Source: Stegostoma tigrinum (taxonomy: Eukaryota). From it: a stretch of DNA of 64,000 bases. The notes below the pieces were generated by a model, which saw nothing but the letters and a program-made list of their open reading frames with translations, did not search any database and was not told where the DNA came from. The DNA lies in assembly GCF_030684315.1 (NCBI RefSeq), contig NC_081394.1, positions 17,032,658-17,096,657 of the forward strand, written 5' to 3'. The position numbers and the translations under genes are program-made. Every line of letters starts with the position of its first letter. Position 1 is the stretch's first letter. This document shows, one piece after another, positions 1 through 14,421 of this stretch.

Positions 1-185
1 CAATGCCAATCCACCTAACCTACACATCTTTGGACTATGGGATGAAACTGGAGCACCCGGAAGGAACCCCTGCAGACACGGGAAGAAGGTGCAACCTGCA
101 CACAGTCTGCCCAAGGCTAGAATTGAACCTGGGCCCCTGGTGCTGCATGGCAGCAGTGCTAACCATTGAGCCTCCGTGCCGCTCC
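1..185 (-). mobile_element. tRNA-derived SINE (HE1/V-SINE-like), 5' part, cut by window edge
   Basis: Reverse complement reads GGCACGGAGGCTCAATGGTTAGCACTGCTGCC (A box)...GGTTCAATTC (B box), then TGTGTGCAGGTTGCACCTTCTTCCCGTGTCTGC core; matches the copies at 44615 and 63048. Confidence 0.85.
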
Positions 186-404
186 AAATTCTGGGGAACA
201 AAGCTGGATAGGTGCCCACAGTGTCAGCAGGAGAGCAATTTTCAAGATAGTGATGACATCATCCTACTTTTAAAGCTTGATATAGAAAAGGAAAATAGAT
301 TGTCTGTGAAAAAGGGCTATAGATTAGGGAAATAAATCAGGATTACCTTAAGACAGACACACATGGGTAAATGTACAGCAGAACTTAGTCCAACACATTC
401 CCCT

Positions 405-3270
405 TAGAGTGAAACGTAGAAGAATTTAAGAACTATTTTGATGTACCCTTGTGACACTAAGGCATACAAGGCTATGAGCCAAGTGCTGGAAAATTACAAT
501 AGGTACACAGTTGTTTTTGACCAGCACAGACTCAATGGGCCGAAGGACCTTTCTTTACGCTATAGAAGTCTAAACTTCTGTGACTCTATAACAAGCCCAG
601 AGAACCATGGATGTCTAGGCGTATTCTGGACTAAATAAGATGGAAAAGAAAAGCTTTTAAGATGTACAAAGGGAGCAAAGTGATGGAGGCCCTAGTGGAG
701 AATAGAAAGTGTAAGCAGGAAAGCAAGAAAGAAATTAGGACAGTAAAAAGGGGTGTGATAAAACACTGGCAGGGAGAACCCCAAGCTATTCTACAAGAAA
801 CACCTGCTTTCTATCCACCCTGTCCATGCCTCTCATAATCTTGTACATCTCTATCAGGCCATGCCTCAACGCTCTCAGCTCCAATGAAAACAAGCCAAGC
901 TTATCCAGCCTCTCCTCCTCGTTGAAATTATCCAACCTAGGTAACATTCTCACGAATTTCCTTTGTAACCGCTCCAGTGAAATCACATTCTTCTTATAAT
1001 GTGCTGAACAAAACTGCACACGGTACTCCAGCTGCAGCCTAACCAAAGTTCTCTACAGCTCCAACATGAGCTCCCTGTTCTTGTAACCTATGCAACCCTC
1101 CCTTATGCACTTTAAATTACATTAATTGACCCATCCTACTACCTTCAGGGATCTGTGGACAAGCACCTGAGATCCATTTGTTTATCTGAGCTTCCTAACA
1201 TTCTTGCCATTCACTGAGTACACCCTTGTCAGGTTCCTTCTGTTAAAGTGCATCACCTCACAATAATCAGGGTTAAATTCCATCTGCCGCTGTTCTGCCT
1301 TCTGACTAAATTAAAAATCCAGAAAATTGCATTGCTGTAAATCAGGAACAAAAACAGAAGTTGCGGAAAAGCGGAACAGGTCTGGCAGCTTCTGTGAAGA
1401 AAAAAAAATCAGAGTTAACGTTCTGGGTCCAGTTCCTCAGAACTGTTCAGTTGTAAGGGAGGGTCACTGGATTCGAAACATTAACTCTGATTTTTTTCTT
1501 CACAGATGCTGCCAGACTTGCTGAGCTTTCCTGGCAACTCCTGTTTTTGTTCCTGCCTTCTGACCAATCTGTTCACATCTTCCTGTAATCTAACACCTTT
1601 CTCCTCACTGTCAGACTCCGGCTAATCTGTGTCTCATCCTGAAACGTAAAGATCATCTCTCAGTTCTTATTTACATCATGTATAAATATCACAAACAGCA
1701 CTGATGCCAATGGTATGTCACTGCACACTGAGTTACAGTGGCACAAATAGCCTTCTACCACCACCCTCTGTTTCCTGTCACTGAGCCAATTTTATATCCA
1801 TCTTGGCAAGTTACCACGTGTCCTTACATTTATATGGACACTTGCCTTTATCAGTCAAGGAGCAGATTATAAGAGCAGCCAAATTATGTTGAAGCTGTGC
1901 AGAACTTTGCTCAGACCACAGCTGTGTGCCGTTCCAGTCACCACAGGAAGAATATGACTGTCTGCAGCTGACAGGACAATTGGTAGTGTTGTTAACAGTG
2001 AGATGGTGGTCTCAGGATAGTCTGATATTTAGCAGCTAGTAAACTGGGCAGACTAATGGCTAAGAGGTGATGCGTTTTGGACATCTAATGAGGTAAGGAT
2101 CTCCACAATGAACAGAAGTTCCTAGGCAGTTCTGCATTATCTGCCTGTAAAGCACATAAGCCACTACTTTTACTGTACCTTGGGACATGTGACATAATAA
2201 ATCAAAACAAATCAAATAAAATCAAGAAGGCTTTGGTGTACCAGTCTAGAGATCACTGAAACAGTCGGTATAGGTAGATAAGCTGGTGAAGCAGGCGTAT
2301 GGGCTGCTTGTCTTCATTAGCTGGGGCACAGAATATAGGAGCAAAGAATACTTGTTAAAACTTTATAAAACATTGGTTAGACAACATATAGATAGGAGAT
2401 TCACCAAGATGCTGCCTGAAATGGATTAGTTGGACAGGCTGGGTTGGGTTTCCCTGCAGTCAAGGAGACTGGGGGGTCTGTGTCAAGTACATAAATCTGA
2501 GAGTTGTGGACAGCCTAGATCATGAGAATATTTCCATCATAGCAGACAAGTCTAACACCAACAGGCATAAATTTAAGGTAAGGAGTAAGTGATTTACAGG
2601 AAACGTACAGAACACAAAATTCACCCAGAGAATGGTAGATCACGGATGGCACTGGCTGAAAGGGTGGTGAAGGCAGATTTTCTCACAACGTTTCAGTAGC
2701 ATCTGGATGAACACTTAAAATGCCAGCGCATAGGAGTCTATGGGCCAAATGCAGGTAAATGAGATTAGTGTAGTTTAGTGTTTGGTGGTCAGCACAGTCA
2801 TGGTGGGCTGAAGGGCCTGTTTTTATGGGCCAGAGGTAGTTTTATGGAGTTAGGTACAGACCAGCATTGAATGGTGGTTCAGGCTTCAGGAACTGAATGG
2901 CCTACCACTGTTCTGATAAGATTATGAGGGGCACAGACAGGGTGGATAGAACACATCTGTTCCTTTCAGTTGAAGCATCAGTGGGGCATAATTTCAAGGT
3001 GAAAGACGGGAGATTCAGGGAAATCAATGAATTTTGTTCTTTCACTCAGACGGTGGTGGGTATTCAGAATGCATTATGTGGGAAGGCAATTAAAGCCGGC
3101 AACCTCTCAAACTTTAAAAAAGTACTTGAACGAGCACTTGAAATGTCATAACTTTTAAGACTATGGGTCGAGTGGGCTGGAAAGTGGGATTAGTGTCGGT
3201 CAAGTGGTTTTGTTGGTGCAAATTTGATGGATCAAAGTGCCTCTACAAAACAGTATAAGTTTATGACTCC
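405..3270. mobile_element. Mosaic of decayed CR1 LINE 3' fragments on both strands
   Basis: ORF 786-1046(-) VRLQLEYRVQFCSAHYKKNVISLERLQRKF is the CR1 ORF2 C-terminus; several CR1 tails (GGGCCGAAGGACCT, GGGCTGAAGGGCCTGT). Confidence 0.8.
1307..1552. mobile_element. Inverted dyad of PLE tails (family B) with 12-bp TSD
   Basis: Arms CAGGAACAAAAACAGAAGTTGC...AATCAGAGTTAAC and TTAACTCTGATTTTT...CTGTTTTTGTTC are reverse complements; CTGCCTTCTGAC is repeated at 1295-1306 and 1553-1564. Confidence 0.75.
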
Positions 3271-3919
3271 ATAATTTCTGACAGGGAGAGGTACTGAGGG
3301 AAGACGAAGCTGGTAAGTCAACAGCATATAGTTGGGTGACGGGCAATGACAGAAACCTCAGAGATTCAGCAAACAAACACCAAAATATTAAACAGAGGAA
3401 GTGAACTTATGGCAGAACTGATCAAGGAAGTCAGAGGTGAAACAAAGCATTGGAGGATATGTGTTCAGAACCACAGTAAAGGAATTCCAGCAGCCCCCAG
3501 AGGCACATATCCTCTCACGGATCACTGGCTTGGTACCAAAGAGCTCAAAATTATAGAAGAATGGTCAAAGCCACTTACCATTCAAACAATTTCGCTGCGT
3601 CTACAATTGGGAAATCTTCGGCTGAAGTCTGCACCTGTAAAAATATCAGAAACACTGAAGTCAGAAAAATCCCACATTTGACAAAATACCTGTGGACAGT
3701 TGATGTCATTGTGTGATTGTCAGTGTGTGACCACATCACACCCACAAACACAGAACATCTGCGTCTATGCAAACCGGTGATCACGGACACATTATGAAGG
3801 ATTGGAGGGTCCCTGAGAGGTTGGAAAAGGTTTTATCAGAATGGTTTGAGCGCTCAGGGATTTTAGTTGCAATATTACATTCAAAAAACTGATTGCACAA
3901 GGGGAACAAAAGACACTTT

Positions 3920-4630
3920 CGGCTAATAGAGGTCTACAAGCATAGAGAGGGGCCTTTCAGCCCATCAAGGCTGTGCCACTCAGAAACAACCTATTCTCCC
4001 ATTTTTCAGCACTGGCCCAGAATCTTTGGCACTGCACATGCACATCCAAATACTTCTTCAATATTATGTCTGTTTCTGACTCAACTACCTTCATAGGACA
4101 GCAAGTTCCAGATTCCCACCACCCTCTAGATGAAAACCATTTTCCTCACATCCCACCCAAAACCTCCAGTCCTGACCTTTAAATCTATACACCCTGACCA
4201 CCAAGGGGAGAAGTCTTTTTTCCGTCTACCCTATCTGTAGAAATATAGAAAATCAGAGCAGGAGGGAGCCATTTGACTCTTCAAGCCTTCTGTGCTAATC
4301 AGTATGATCATGGCTAATCATCCAACTCAAATAGCATGTTCTCACTCATTTCCCTGCACCCCAAGCCCGCCCAACCACCCACCCATATTCTTTGGTTCCT
4401 TCAGCCAAGCTCCTTCTTGAAATCACACAATGTTTGGGCCTTGACTGCTCTCCGCGGTAGCAAATTCAACAGGTTCACCACTCAGCGAGAAGAAATTTCT
4501 CCTTACCTCAGGCCTAAATGTTTTACCCTTAGTCTGCGATCTCTGGTTCTGGACTCCCCAACATCGGGGACAACCTTCCTGCATCAACCTTTATCACATT
4601 CTGTTAGGATTTTACATTTCTCTGAGATCC
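3920..4630 (-). mobile_element. Old CR1 3' fragments; the second one resumes at about 6547-6860
   Basis: Reverse-complement CR1 tails (GGCCTTTCAGCCCATC, GAGCCATTTGACTCTTC) and RT C-terminal remnants. Confidence 0.65.
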
Positions 4631-6546
4631 TGTGTTAGGATGAGATGTGAAGGCTCAGTTCGGGCGGCTACGAGGAAAGACCTAAAGAGAGAGCTCAGAA
4701 GAGCCAGGAGGAGACATAAGAAGTTGTTGGCGGATAGGATGAGGGTTAACCCTAAGGCTTTCTATAGGTATTTAAGGAATAAAAGGATGATGAAAGTAAG
4801 ATTAGGGCCAATCAAGGATATTAGTGGTAAGTTGTGTGTGGAGTCAGATGAGATAGGGGAAGCGCTAAATGAATATTTTTCGACAATATTCACTCGAGAA
4901 AACAACAACATCGTCGTGGAGAATACTGAGATACAGGCTACTAGACTAGGTGGGATTGAGGTTCACAAGGAAGAGGTATTAGAAATCCTACAGAGGGTGA
5001 AGATAGATAAGTCCCCAGGGCCGGATGGGATTTATCCTCGGATCCTCTTGGAAGCCAGGGAGGAGTTTGCCGAGCCTTTGGCATTGATCTTTAACTCGTC
5101 ATTGTCTACAGGAATAGTGCCAGATGACTGGAGGATAGCAAGTGTGGTACCCCTGTTCAAGAAGGGGAGTAGAGACAACCCTGGTAATTATAGACCAGTG
5201 AGCCTTACCTCAGTTGTTGGTAAAGTGTTGGAAAAGGTTATAAGACAGGATTTATGATCATCTAGAAAAGAATAATTTGATTAGGGATAGTCAGCACGGT
5301 TTTGTGAAGGGAAGGTCATGCCTCACAAACCTTACTGAGTTCTTTGAGAAGGTGACCAAACAGGTAGATGAGAGTAAACCGGTTTATGTGGTATATATGG
5401 ATTTCAGCAAAGCATTCGATAAGGTTCCCCACAGGAGGCTATTGTACAAAATGCGGAGGAATGGAATTGTGGGAGATATAGCAGTTTGGATCGGAAATTG
5501 GCTTGCTGAAAGAAGACAGAGGGTGGTAGTTGATGGGAAATGTTTATCCTGGAGACCAGTTACTAGTAGTGTACCGCAAGGGTCGGTGTTGGGTCCACTG
5601 CTGTTTGTCATTTTTATAAATGACCTGGATGAGGGCGTAGAAGGATGGGTTAGTAAATTTGCAGACGACACTAAGGTCGGCGGAGTTGTGGATAGTGATG
5701 AAGGATGCTGTAGGTTGCAGAGAGACATAGATAAGCTGCAGAGCTGGACTGAGAGGTGGCAAATGGAGTTTAATGCAGACAGGTGTGAGGTGATGCACTT
5801 TGGTAGGAGTAACCGGAAGGCAAATTACTGGGCTAATGGTAAGATTCTTAGCAGTGTAGATGAGCAGAGAGATCTTGATGTCCATGTACACAGATCCTTG
5901 AAAGTTGCCACCCAGGTTGACAGGGCTGTTAAGAAGGCATACAGTGTTTTAGCTTTTATTAATAGAGGGATCGAGTTCCGGAACCAAGAGGTTATGGTGA
6001 AGCTGTACAAAACTCTGGTGCGGCTGCGCTTGGAGTATCGTGTACAGTTCTGGTCACCGCATTGTAAGAAGGATGTGGAAGCTTTGGAAAGGGTGCAGAG
6101 GAGATTTACTAGGATGTTGCCTGGTACGGAGGGAAGGTCTTACGAGGAAAGGCCGAGGGACTCGAGGCTGTTTTCATTAGAGAGAAGAAGGTTGAGAGGT
6201 GACTTAATTGAAACATATAAAATAATCAGAGGGTTAGATAGGGTGGATAGGGAGAGCCTTTTTCCTAGGATGGTGACGGCGAGCACGAGGGGGCATAGCT
6301 TTAAATTGAGGGGTGAAAGATATAGGACAGATGTCAGAGGTAGTTTCTTTACTCAGAACAGTAAGGGGATGGAACGCTTTGCCTGCAACGGTCGTAGATT
6401 TGCCAACTTTAGGTACATTTAAGTCGTCATTGGATAAGCATATGGATGCACGTGGAATAGTGTAGGTTAGATGGGCTTGAGATCGGTATGACAGGTCGGC
6501 ACAACATTGATGGCCGAAGGGCCTGTACTGTGCTGTTATGTCCTAT
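4631..6546 (+). mobile_element. Young 5'-truncated CR1 LINE (ORF2 RT region, one frameshift near 5257)
   Basis: ORFs 4640-5257 (KSPGPDGI, NYRPVSLTS) and 5277-6422 (QHGF, DFSKAFDKV, VPQGSVLGP, FADD); tail GGCCGAAGGGCCTGTACTGTGCTG. Confidence 0.95.
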
Positions 6547-6859
6547 ACCCCTCGCTCATTTTTCTGAGCTCCAGCAGATATAACCCTCACCAATTCAACC
6601 TCTCTTCACATGAGTTCCATCATCCAGGAATCCGTCTGGTAAAGCTTCAGAAGAATATCCTTCATCAAATAAGGAGACTAAAACTCACATTTATCTACAT
6701 TACCTGGCTTGTTCAAATCACACTGAAGCATCTCTGCATGTTCCTCACAGCTTACCCTCCCACGCAGCTTTGTGTTTCTGCAAATTTGGAGGTATTACAT
6801 TTAGTGCCCCTCATTCAAAACATGAATACATTTGTTGAAAGCAGGGGTCCTAACACTCA

Positions 6860-8625
6860 TTCCTGGCTGCAAAGGGATCAGGGCTGGGAACTAAATTTCC
6901 AAGGATACACACCCTATTAAAAAAGGACAGGATGGGGTACCCTTTAAAACTAGCCAGGGTCACAAAAAGAGCAATAACAGGGAGAAAATGAAATATGAGA
7001 GTATACTAGCCAGTGAGGTAAAAGAAGATCGCAAGAGATTTTTAAGATATCTAAAAAAAGAGAGAGGGGGGCAACAGTGGACATTGGATGCTGGAAAATG
7101 AAGCTGCAGAATTAGTTGTGAGGGACAAAGAAATGGTCAACAAACTAGGGAGGTACTTTGCATCGGTTTCAGAGTGGAAACCACAGGCAACATACCAGAA
7201 TTTCAAGACAGTCAGGGGCAGAGGTGGGTCTCATGGCCATCACTAAGGAGAAGGTGCTGGGGAAGTTGAAAAGACTGAAGACAGATAAATCATGCAGACT
7301 GAATGGACTACACCACAGAGTTTTGAAGGAGATAACTGAGTGGATTGTAGACGTATTGGTGGTTATCTTTCAGAAATCACTGGAGGTCATGCCTGGCAAA
7401 TCTGTTAGAAGAGGTCGTGACCAAAGTGGGCAAAGGAGAGCCAGTGGACGTAAGCTATTTGGATTTCCAAAAGCCTTTGACAAGGGGCTGCACAGGAGGC
7501 TGCTAATTAAGATAAAAACTCACGGCGTTAGGGACAAGGTACTGGCATAGACAGAAGGATTGGCTGTCTGCCGGAAGGCAGAGAGTAGGGTCACTTTCAG
7601 GATAGTGGCCAGTGACCAGTGGTATCTCAGTGGTCAGTGCCGGGACCACAACTACTCAGGTCACAGATTAATGATCTGGAGGAAGGAACTCAGGACATTG
7701 TTGCTAAGATTACAGAAGACACAAAGATAGGTAGAGCGATAGGTAGTATTGAGGAAGCAAGCAGGCTGTAGAAGAACTGGTACAGGCTAGAAGAATGGGC
7801 AAATAAGTGGCAGTTGGAATACAATGTGGGGAGTGTGAGATTATATGTTTTGGTAGGAAGGTCAGAACTAGACTATTTTCTAAATGAGAAATGTCTTTAA
7901 AAATCTGAAGCACAAAGTAACTTGGCAGTCCTGCTGAGGATTCTGTTAAGGTTAACATGCAGATTTGTTGGCGGTTAGGAGGGCAAAAGCAACATTGGCA
8001 TTCATTTCAAGAGGAATAACTAGAACACAACAACAGAAATGTACTACTGAAGCTACGTATGGCTCTGGGGTCAGACCACATTTGAAATACTGTGGGCAGT
8101 TTTCGGCCCTAATTTGAAGGAAAGATGTGCTGGTATTGGAGGTGGTCCACAGGAGGCTAACAGGTATGAACCTGAGGATGAAGTGCTTGTCATATGAGGA
8201 GCAGTTGAGAACTCTAGGTCTGTATTAAATGGAGTTTAAAAGAATGAGTCGGGATCTGACTGAAACTTAGAGAATACTGAGAGACCTGCATACAGTGAAC
8301 TTGGAGAAGATGATTCCACTAGTAGGAGATACGAGAACCCAAGGGCACAGTTTCAGGGTGAAGGGATGACCCTTTAAAACTGAGATGAGGAAGAATTTTT
8401 TCAACCAGAGGGTGTGAATCTGTGGAACTCATTGCAGCAGAGGGCTGTGAAGGCAAAGTCAGTGAGTGTATTTAAGATGCAGATAGGTAGGTTCTTGATC
8501 AGTAAGAGGATTGGGGATTAAGAGAATATGGCAGGAGAATGGAATTGAGAAACATATAAGCCATGATTAAATGGCAGAACAGACTCAAAGACACGAATGG
8601 TCTAATTCTGTTCCTGCATTGTTGT
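6860..8625 (+). mobile_element. Decayed CR1 LINE ORF2 and 3' end
   Basis: Remnant motifs WELNFQGY, KVLGKLKRLKTDKS, FPKAFDK; tail AATGGCAGAACAGACTCAAAGACACGAATGGTCTAATTCTG. Confidence 0.8.
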
Positions 8626-8629
8626 CTTA

Positions 8630-11600
8630 CAGTACCCCGCTGCCACTCAGCTGAAGACCCATTTGTTTCTATCTACAAGTAGTCTTCTATCCACCTCAAA
8701 AGACTACACTGACCCCAATCGCTTATTATATCTTCTGTTGGAATTTATCAAAAGCCTTGTCAAAGAAACTCTTCCCTCATCGACTCTATTATTTGATTCC
8801 TTGAAGAATTCCAAGAGATTTGCTAAGTATGACTTCCCTTTCGTAAATCCGTGCTGACTCTGTCCAACCCAGCCACTGTTTTCCAAGTGCTCTGTTATTA
8901 AATATTTCATAAAATATCAAACCACTACAGAAAGGTCAGAAGGGAATGAAACCGGACAGAGCACCAAGCATCAATCTGGGTAGCAGAACCAACAACAGCA
9001 CACCTACCCTTATCTGTCCTATCTAAGCCTCCTTACTGGAAACTTGGAACGATGTCACAGTTCCTTTATTGTTGGTGGGTCAAAATCCTGGGAAATGTGT
9101 TGGTTTAATGGTATCAGTGCTGGTCTTTTAATTCAGAGATTTTGGGAATCCAGGTTCAAATTTGCCAAGCCCCTCATAATCTGTATATCTCAACCATCCC
9201 CCTCTCAATCTCCTCTGCTCCAAAGAGAACAATCCTAGACTATCCAACCTTTATTCAGAACTAAAACTCTCCAGCCCAGACAACATTCTGGTAAGTCTCC
9301 TCTGCCCTCTTTCCAGTGCAATCACATCCCTTCTATTATGTGGAATCCAGAACTGTTCTAGCTGTGGCTGGACCAACTGTATATGCAGTTCCAGAATAAC
9401 CGGCCTGCTCCTAAACTCTATACCTCAGCTAATAAAGAAAGTGTCTCATATGCCTTTTAAGCACTGTACCTACCTGTACTCTTACCTTAAGGGATGGGCA
9501 GACATGCACACCAAGGTCCTCCTGATCCTCAGCCCTACATTGTTCATCACGAATTCCAATGGCTCATTTGTCCTGTCCAATTGCATCATCTCACACTTAT
9601 CTTGATTGAATTCCAATTGCTACTGATCAGCCCATCAGACCAGCCTGACTACACTCTCCTATAATCTCAGAATGTAAGAACTAGGAGATGGAGCAATTCA
9701 GCCATTTCATAAAATTGTGGCTGATCTCATCCCACCTCAGCTGTAGTTTCCTGCCTGCCGCCCATAAATAGTAATTAGTAATGGGTTGAAGGTTTAAATT
9801 ACATCCTAAATTTACTCAATAATCGCAGCATTCACTCTATTCTGGGAACATGAATGCCACAGATTCAGAATCTTCTGAGAGAATTCATTTCTCCTCATCA
9901 GTGTTAAACTGTGCCAAACCTTATCCTAAAAACCATAAGCTCTTATTACAGATTGTCCCACATAACAAACCAACCTTTCTACATTGTCAATTGTCTTCAG
10001 CATATCATATGATTCAGTTAGATAGTTTCTGAGGCTTAAAAGAATGAGAAATATCGACCTAAATTGCACAACATCTCTTCATAAGAGAAGGCCTGTGAAC
10101 TTATTGATCATGCCCCAACATTCGTTCTGAATCATTTATTCAAACCAGAAACAGGAAGGGCCACAACACTGATCCCTGTGGAGCCCCGAAAGGACACAGG
10201 CTTCCAGTCACAAAAACATGACTCAAATATCACCATTTGCTCCTTACCACTCAGCCAATTCTGGATCTAATTGGCTAAATTTCCTTAGTTATTATGGGTT
10301 CTTCACTTGCCTATCAGTCTTCTATGTGGGACTTTATCAACAGTTTCTGTGAAGTCCAAGTGGACTATGTCGAATTCATTGTCCACATCTACACATCCGG
10401 TTGCCTCTTCAAAACAAAATCCAGTTGGTTATATGTGACCTCTACTTAACAAAATCATGCTGACTGTTCTTGACCAATTCATTCCTCTCCACATGTAGAT
10501 TAATTCTCTTCCTCAGAAATACTTCTAATAGTTTCCTCACCATTGAGGTGAGACTGACTGGCCTGAAATTTCATGATTTATCCTTTGTTCTCTTCTTGAG
10601 TAACAATATCATGTTAGCCAACTTCTCTCCTATGGTCAGAAAGCAATTACAAGTTATTGCTGGTGTCCATAATATTTCTGCTCTTGCCTCATTCAACAAT
10701 CTGAGATACATTTCATCTGGCCTTGTAGGTTTCTGCTTTTATGCCTGCCAGACAAATCAGATCTCTCCTTCTATCTAATTTGTTTTAAAATATATCACTG
10801 TCCTTCTTCCTGATTTCTAAATCCACGTCATCCCTGTCACTGGGGATACCAACATTAAGTATTTGTTTCAATCCCGACCTACATCCCCCCAGCACCACAC
10901 ACAGATTACCACTTTGGTCCATAAAAAGACCCTCCTCTTTTCCTAGTGATCCTTTAATTATTTATTTTTGTAAAATAACTTAGCACTTCCCTTTATTTTT
11001 CCTGTCATTATCTTTTTAAGGCTGTTTTTTGCTCTAATTTGCTTTTTTCATTTACCCCTACTCATTCTGTAGTCCTCTAGGGCTTCTGTTGTTTTGAACC
11101 TTCAGTACCTGCCAAATGCCTAAATTTTCTTCTCTTCATCCAATCTGTATTTCCAAGGCTCACAAGGTTTGTTGATCCCACCCTCTGACTTTATTAGAAC
11201 TCTCCCAACTTCCATCTTGAATGTATCCCACTGATCTGACACCGAAAAGGATTACCGAAAAGTATTTGCTCCCAGTCCACCCTAGCCAAATCATATTTGA
11301 TCTTAAAATCCACCTTCTGCCAGTTTACAACTTTGATTCCATGCCCATTCTTGTCCCTTTATATAACAATATTGAATCTAACGGATTTACGAGTGCGGTC
11401 TGTAAATTATTCCACCACTGACACTTCAACCAGTTGCTTGGCTTCATGAAGTAAAATTAAGTCTAGTAGCACTTCTTCTCTTGTGGGTTTTCTGCATAGT
11501 GGCTTAAAAAGCTATTCTGGAGCTAAGTATTCTTCTTCCTCTAAACCTTTCACACTATGGACTACCCCAGTTAATATTGGGGTTGGTCTTCCTCTTCAGT

Positions 11601-13310
11601 TGCTACTGAACCTCATCAATAGAACCGGAGAAAATAGGAGCAGTAGACCATTCAGCTCCTTCAAACAACTTCACCATTCAGTATGATCATGGCCAATTAT
11701 GCAAATCAGTACCTTGTTCCTTTTGTCTCTGATCGTTTTAGTTTGATATTTTGGCCTCAACTGCACCACTGTCTGGGTGAAGACATTTAGGCTCATCTTT
11801 ATTCTAACACTGCATTCTTAGACTGTGAACCTTGGCTCTGGACTCCCTGCTCATTACGAACATGGTCCTTCCTGCATGGTCCTGTTAAAATTTTATAGCA
11901 TCGATGAGATGACCCCTCATTCTTCTGAACCTCAGTTTTAAAAAATGGCCTAAACAATCCAGTCAAACATCATAAATTAGTCCTGCCATGCCAGGAAAGA
12001 GTCTGGTAAACTTTTGCTTCTCTCCATCCATACATATCCTCCCTCAGGTTTTGGAAAAAACTGCACACAATACACCAAGTATGATCTCACAAAGGCCCTA
12101 TACAATTGCAGCAAGATATTCCTGCTTCTGAATTTAAATCCTTTCACTGTGAAGGCCAACATACCATTTGCATTCCTCACCTGTACATGCCTGCTGGTGT
12201 CCAAAACAACAAAACTGAAGTGCAACACAGGAAGAGACCCTTCCTCGTGTTCTAACTACATTAAAATAAACAAACTTTCTGACCTCAGAGTCCGTATCTC
12301 TCTATTCCTTGTCTGTTCATGTAGCCATCCAGGTGCCTCCTAAACGTTGCCAATGTGCCTGCTTCCAACACCTCTTCTGGCAGTGCATTCCAGGCTCCTA
12401 ACACTCTCTGCATAAAAAGCTTCCCTCGCACATCTTCCTTAAATTTTCCCCCTCTCACCTTGAATCTGTGCCCCATGTAATTGAAATTTCAACCCCGGAA
12501 AAAAGCCTCTGACTAACCACCCTATCTATGCCTCTGACAATTTTGTCGGACTCTACCGGGTCTTCTTTCAGCCATCGTCTTTGCAGTGAAAACAAAATTG
12601 TCATTTTAAGTTTACCTCATAACTAATGCCCTGAAGACCAGGCAACATCCTGGTGAACCTTCTCTGCACTACCTCCAAAGCTTCCACATTCTTCTGGTAG
12701 TGTGGTGACCAAAACTGCAGACAATACTCCAAATGCAGTCTAACAAGAGTTTTATATAGCTGCAACATGGTTTGCTAACTCCGTGCCCCGGCCAATGAAG
12801 GCAACTATACTATATGTCATTTACAGTATAATTCACACCTAAATTTGATCCTCTGAGATAAATCACCTCACATGTGTCTGGATTAAACTCCATCTGCTAT
12901 TTCTGCGCCTAAGTCACTTATCTATATCCTGTTGTCTCCTTTCATAATTGTCGGCGCTATCAGCAACTCCATGAGTCTTCGTGTCATCTGCAAACTTACT
13001 AATCAGACCACCCACATTTTCCTCCACATCATACATATATTGCAAACAACAGAGGACCTAAGACTGATCCCTGTGGAACACCACCAATTACTGGTCACCA
13101 TTCTGAAAAATACTCTTCCACCACTAACCTCTGTCTTTTATGACCAAGCCAGTTTTGTACCATTTGGCCAGCCCACCACAAATCCCATCTGTTTTTAGAT
13201 TTTGTGGCAATGTCATGTGGGGCTTTATCAAATGCTTCACTTAAGTCCATACATACTACATCCACAGCTCTTCCCTTATCTTTGTCACCTCTTCAAAAAA
13301 TTTAATAAGA
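8630..13310 (-). mobile_element. Series of decayed CR1-type LINE fragments, mostly minus strand
   Basis: Minus ORFs with SQHGFTKGKSYLANLLEFF, LYRAFVRSYLVYCVQF and GHRFKVRGGKFKEDVRGK. Confidence 0.75.
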
Positions 13311-14421
13311 TTAGAACATAAGAACTAGGAGCAGCAGTAGGCCATCTGGCCCCTCGAGCCTGCTCCACTATTTAATAAGATCATGGCTGATCTTTTTGAG
13401 ACTCAGCTCCACCTACTCGCCCACTCTCCAAAACCCTTAATTCCTTTACTGTTCAAAAATTTATCTTGCCTTGCCTTAAAAAACATTCAACAAGGTAGCT
13501 TCAACTGCTTCACTGGGCAAGGATTCCACAGATTCACAACACTTTGGGTGAAGAAGTTCCTCCTGACCTCAGTCCTACTACTGCTTCCCTTTATTTTGTG
13601 GTGATGCCCCCCAGTTCTAGTTTCACCTGCTAGCGGAAACAACCTCCCTGCCTCCACCTTATCTATACCCTTCATAATTTATAATGTTTCTATAAGATCG
13701 CCCCTCATTTTTCTGAATTTCAGTAAGTATAATCCCAGTCTCTCCTCGTAATCCAACCCTCTCAACTCTGGAATCAACCGAGTGAATCTCTTCTGCACCC
13801 CCTCCTGCGCTAGTATATCTCTTCTCAAGTAATGAGACCAAAACTGCACACAGTACTCCAGGTGTGGCCTCACCAGGACCCTATACAGCTGCAGCTAAGC
13901 CTCCCTGCTTTTAAACTCCATCCCTCTAGCAATGAATGACAAAATTCTATTTGCCTTTTTAATTACCCACTGCACCTGCAATTCGACTTTTAGCGATTCA
14001 TGCGCAAGGACACCCAAGTCCCTCTGCACAACAGCGTGCTGCATTTTTTACCCTTTAAAACATAGCCCATTTTCCAGTTATTCCTACCAAAATGGATGAC
14101 CTCACACTTATCAACATTGTATTCCATCTGCCAGACCTTTGCCCACTAACTTAGACTACCTATATCCCTCTGCAGACTTGCAGCGTCTTCTGCACACTTT
14201 GCTCTACCTTAGTGTCATCTGCAAATTTTGACACACCACACTTAGTCCCCAATTCCAAATCATCTATGTAAATTGTAAACAATTGCGGTCCCAACCCTGA
14301 TCCCTGAGGCACATCACTAGCCACTGACCACCAACTGGAAAAAAACATCCATTTACCCCCAGTGTTTGCTTTCTATTGGTCAACCAATCCTCTATCCATG
14401 CCAATACATTACCTGTAATAC

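Noticed and set aside
3346-3681. 111-aa ORF in apparently unique sequence
   Set aside because: No motif, splice context or homology recognisable by eye
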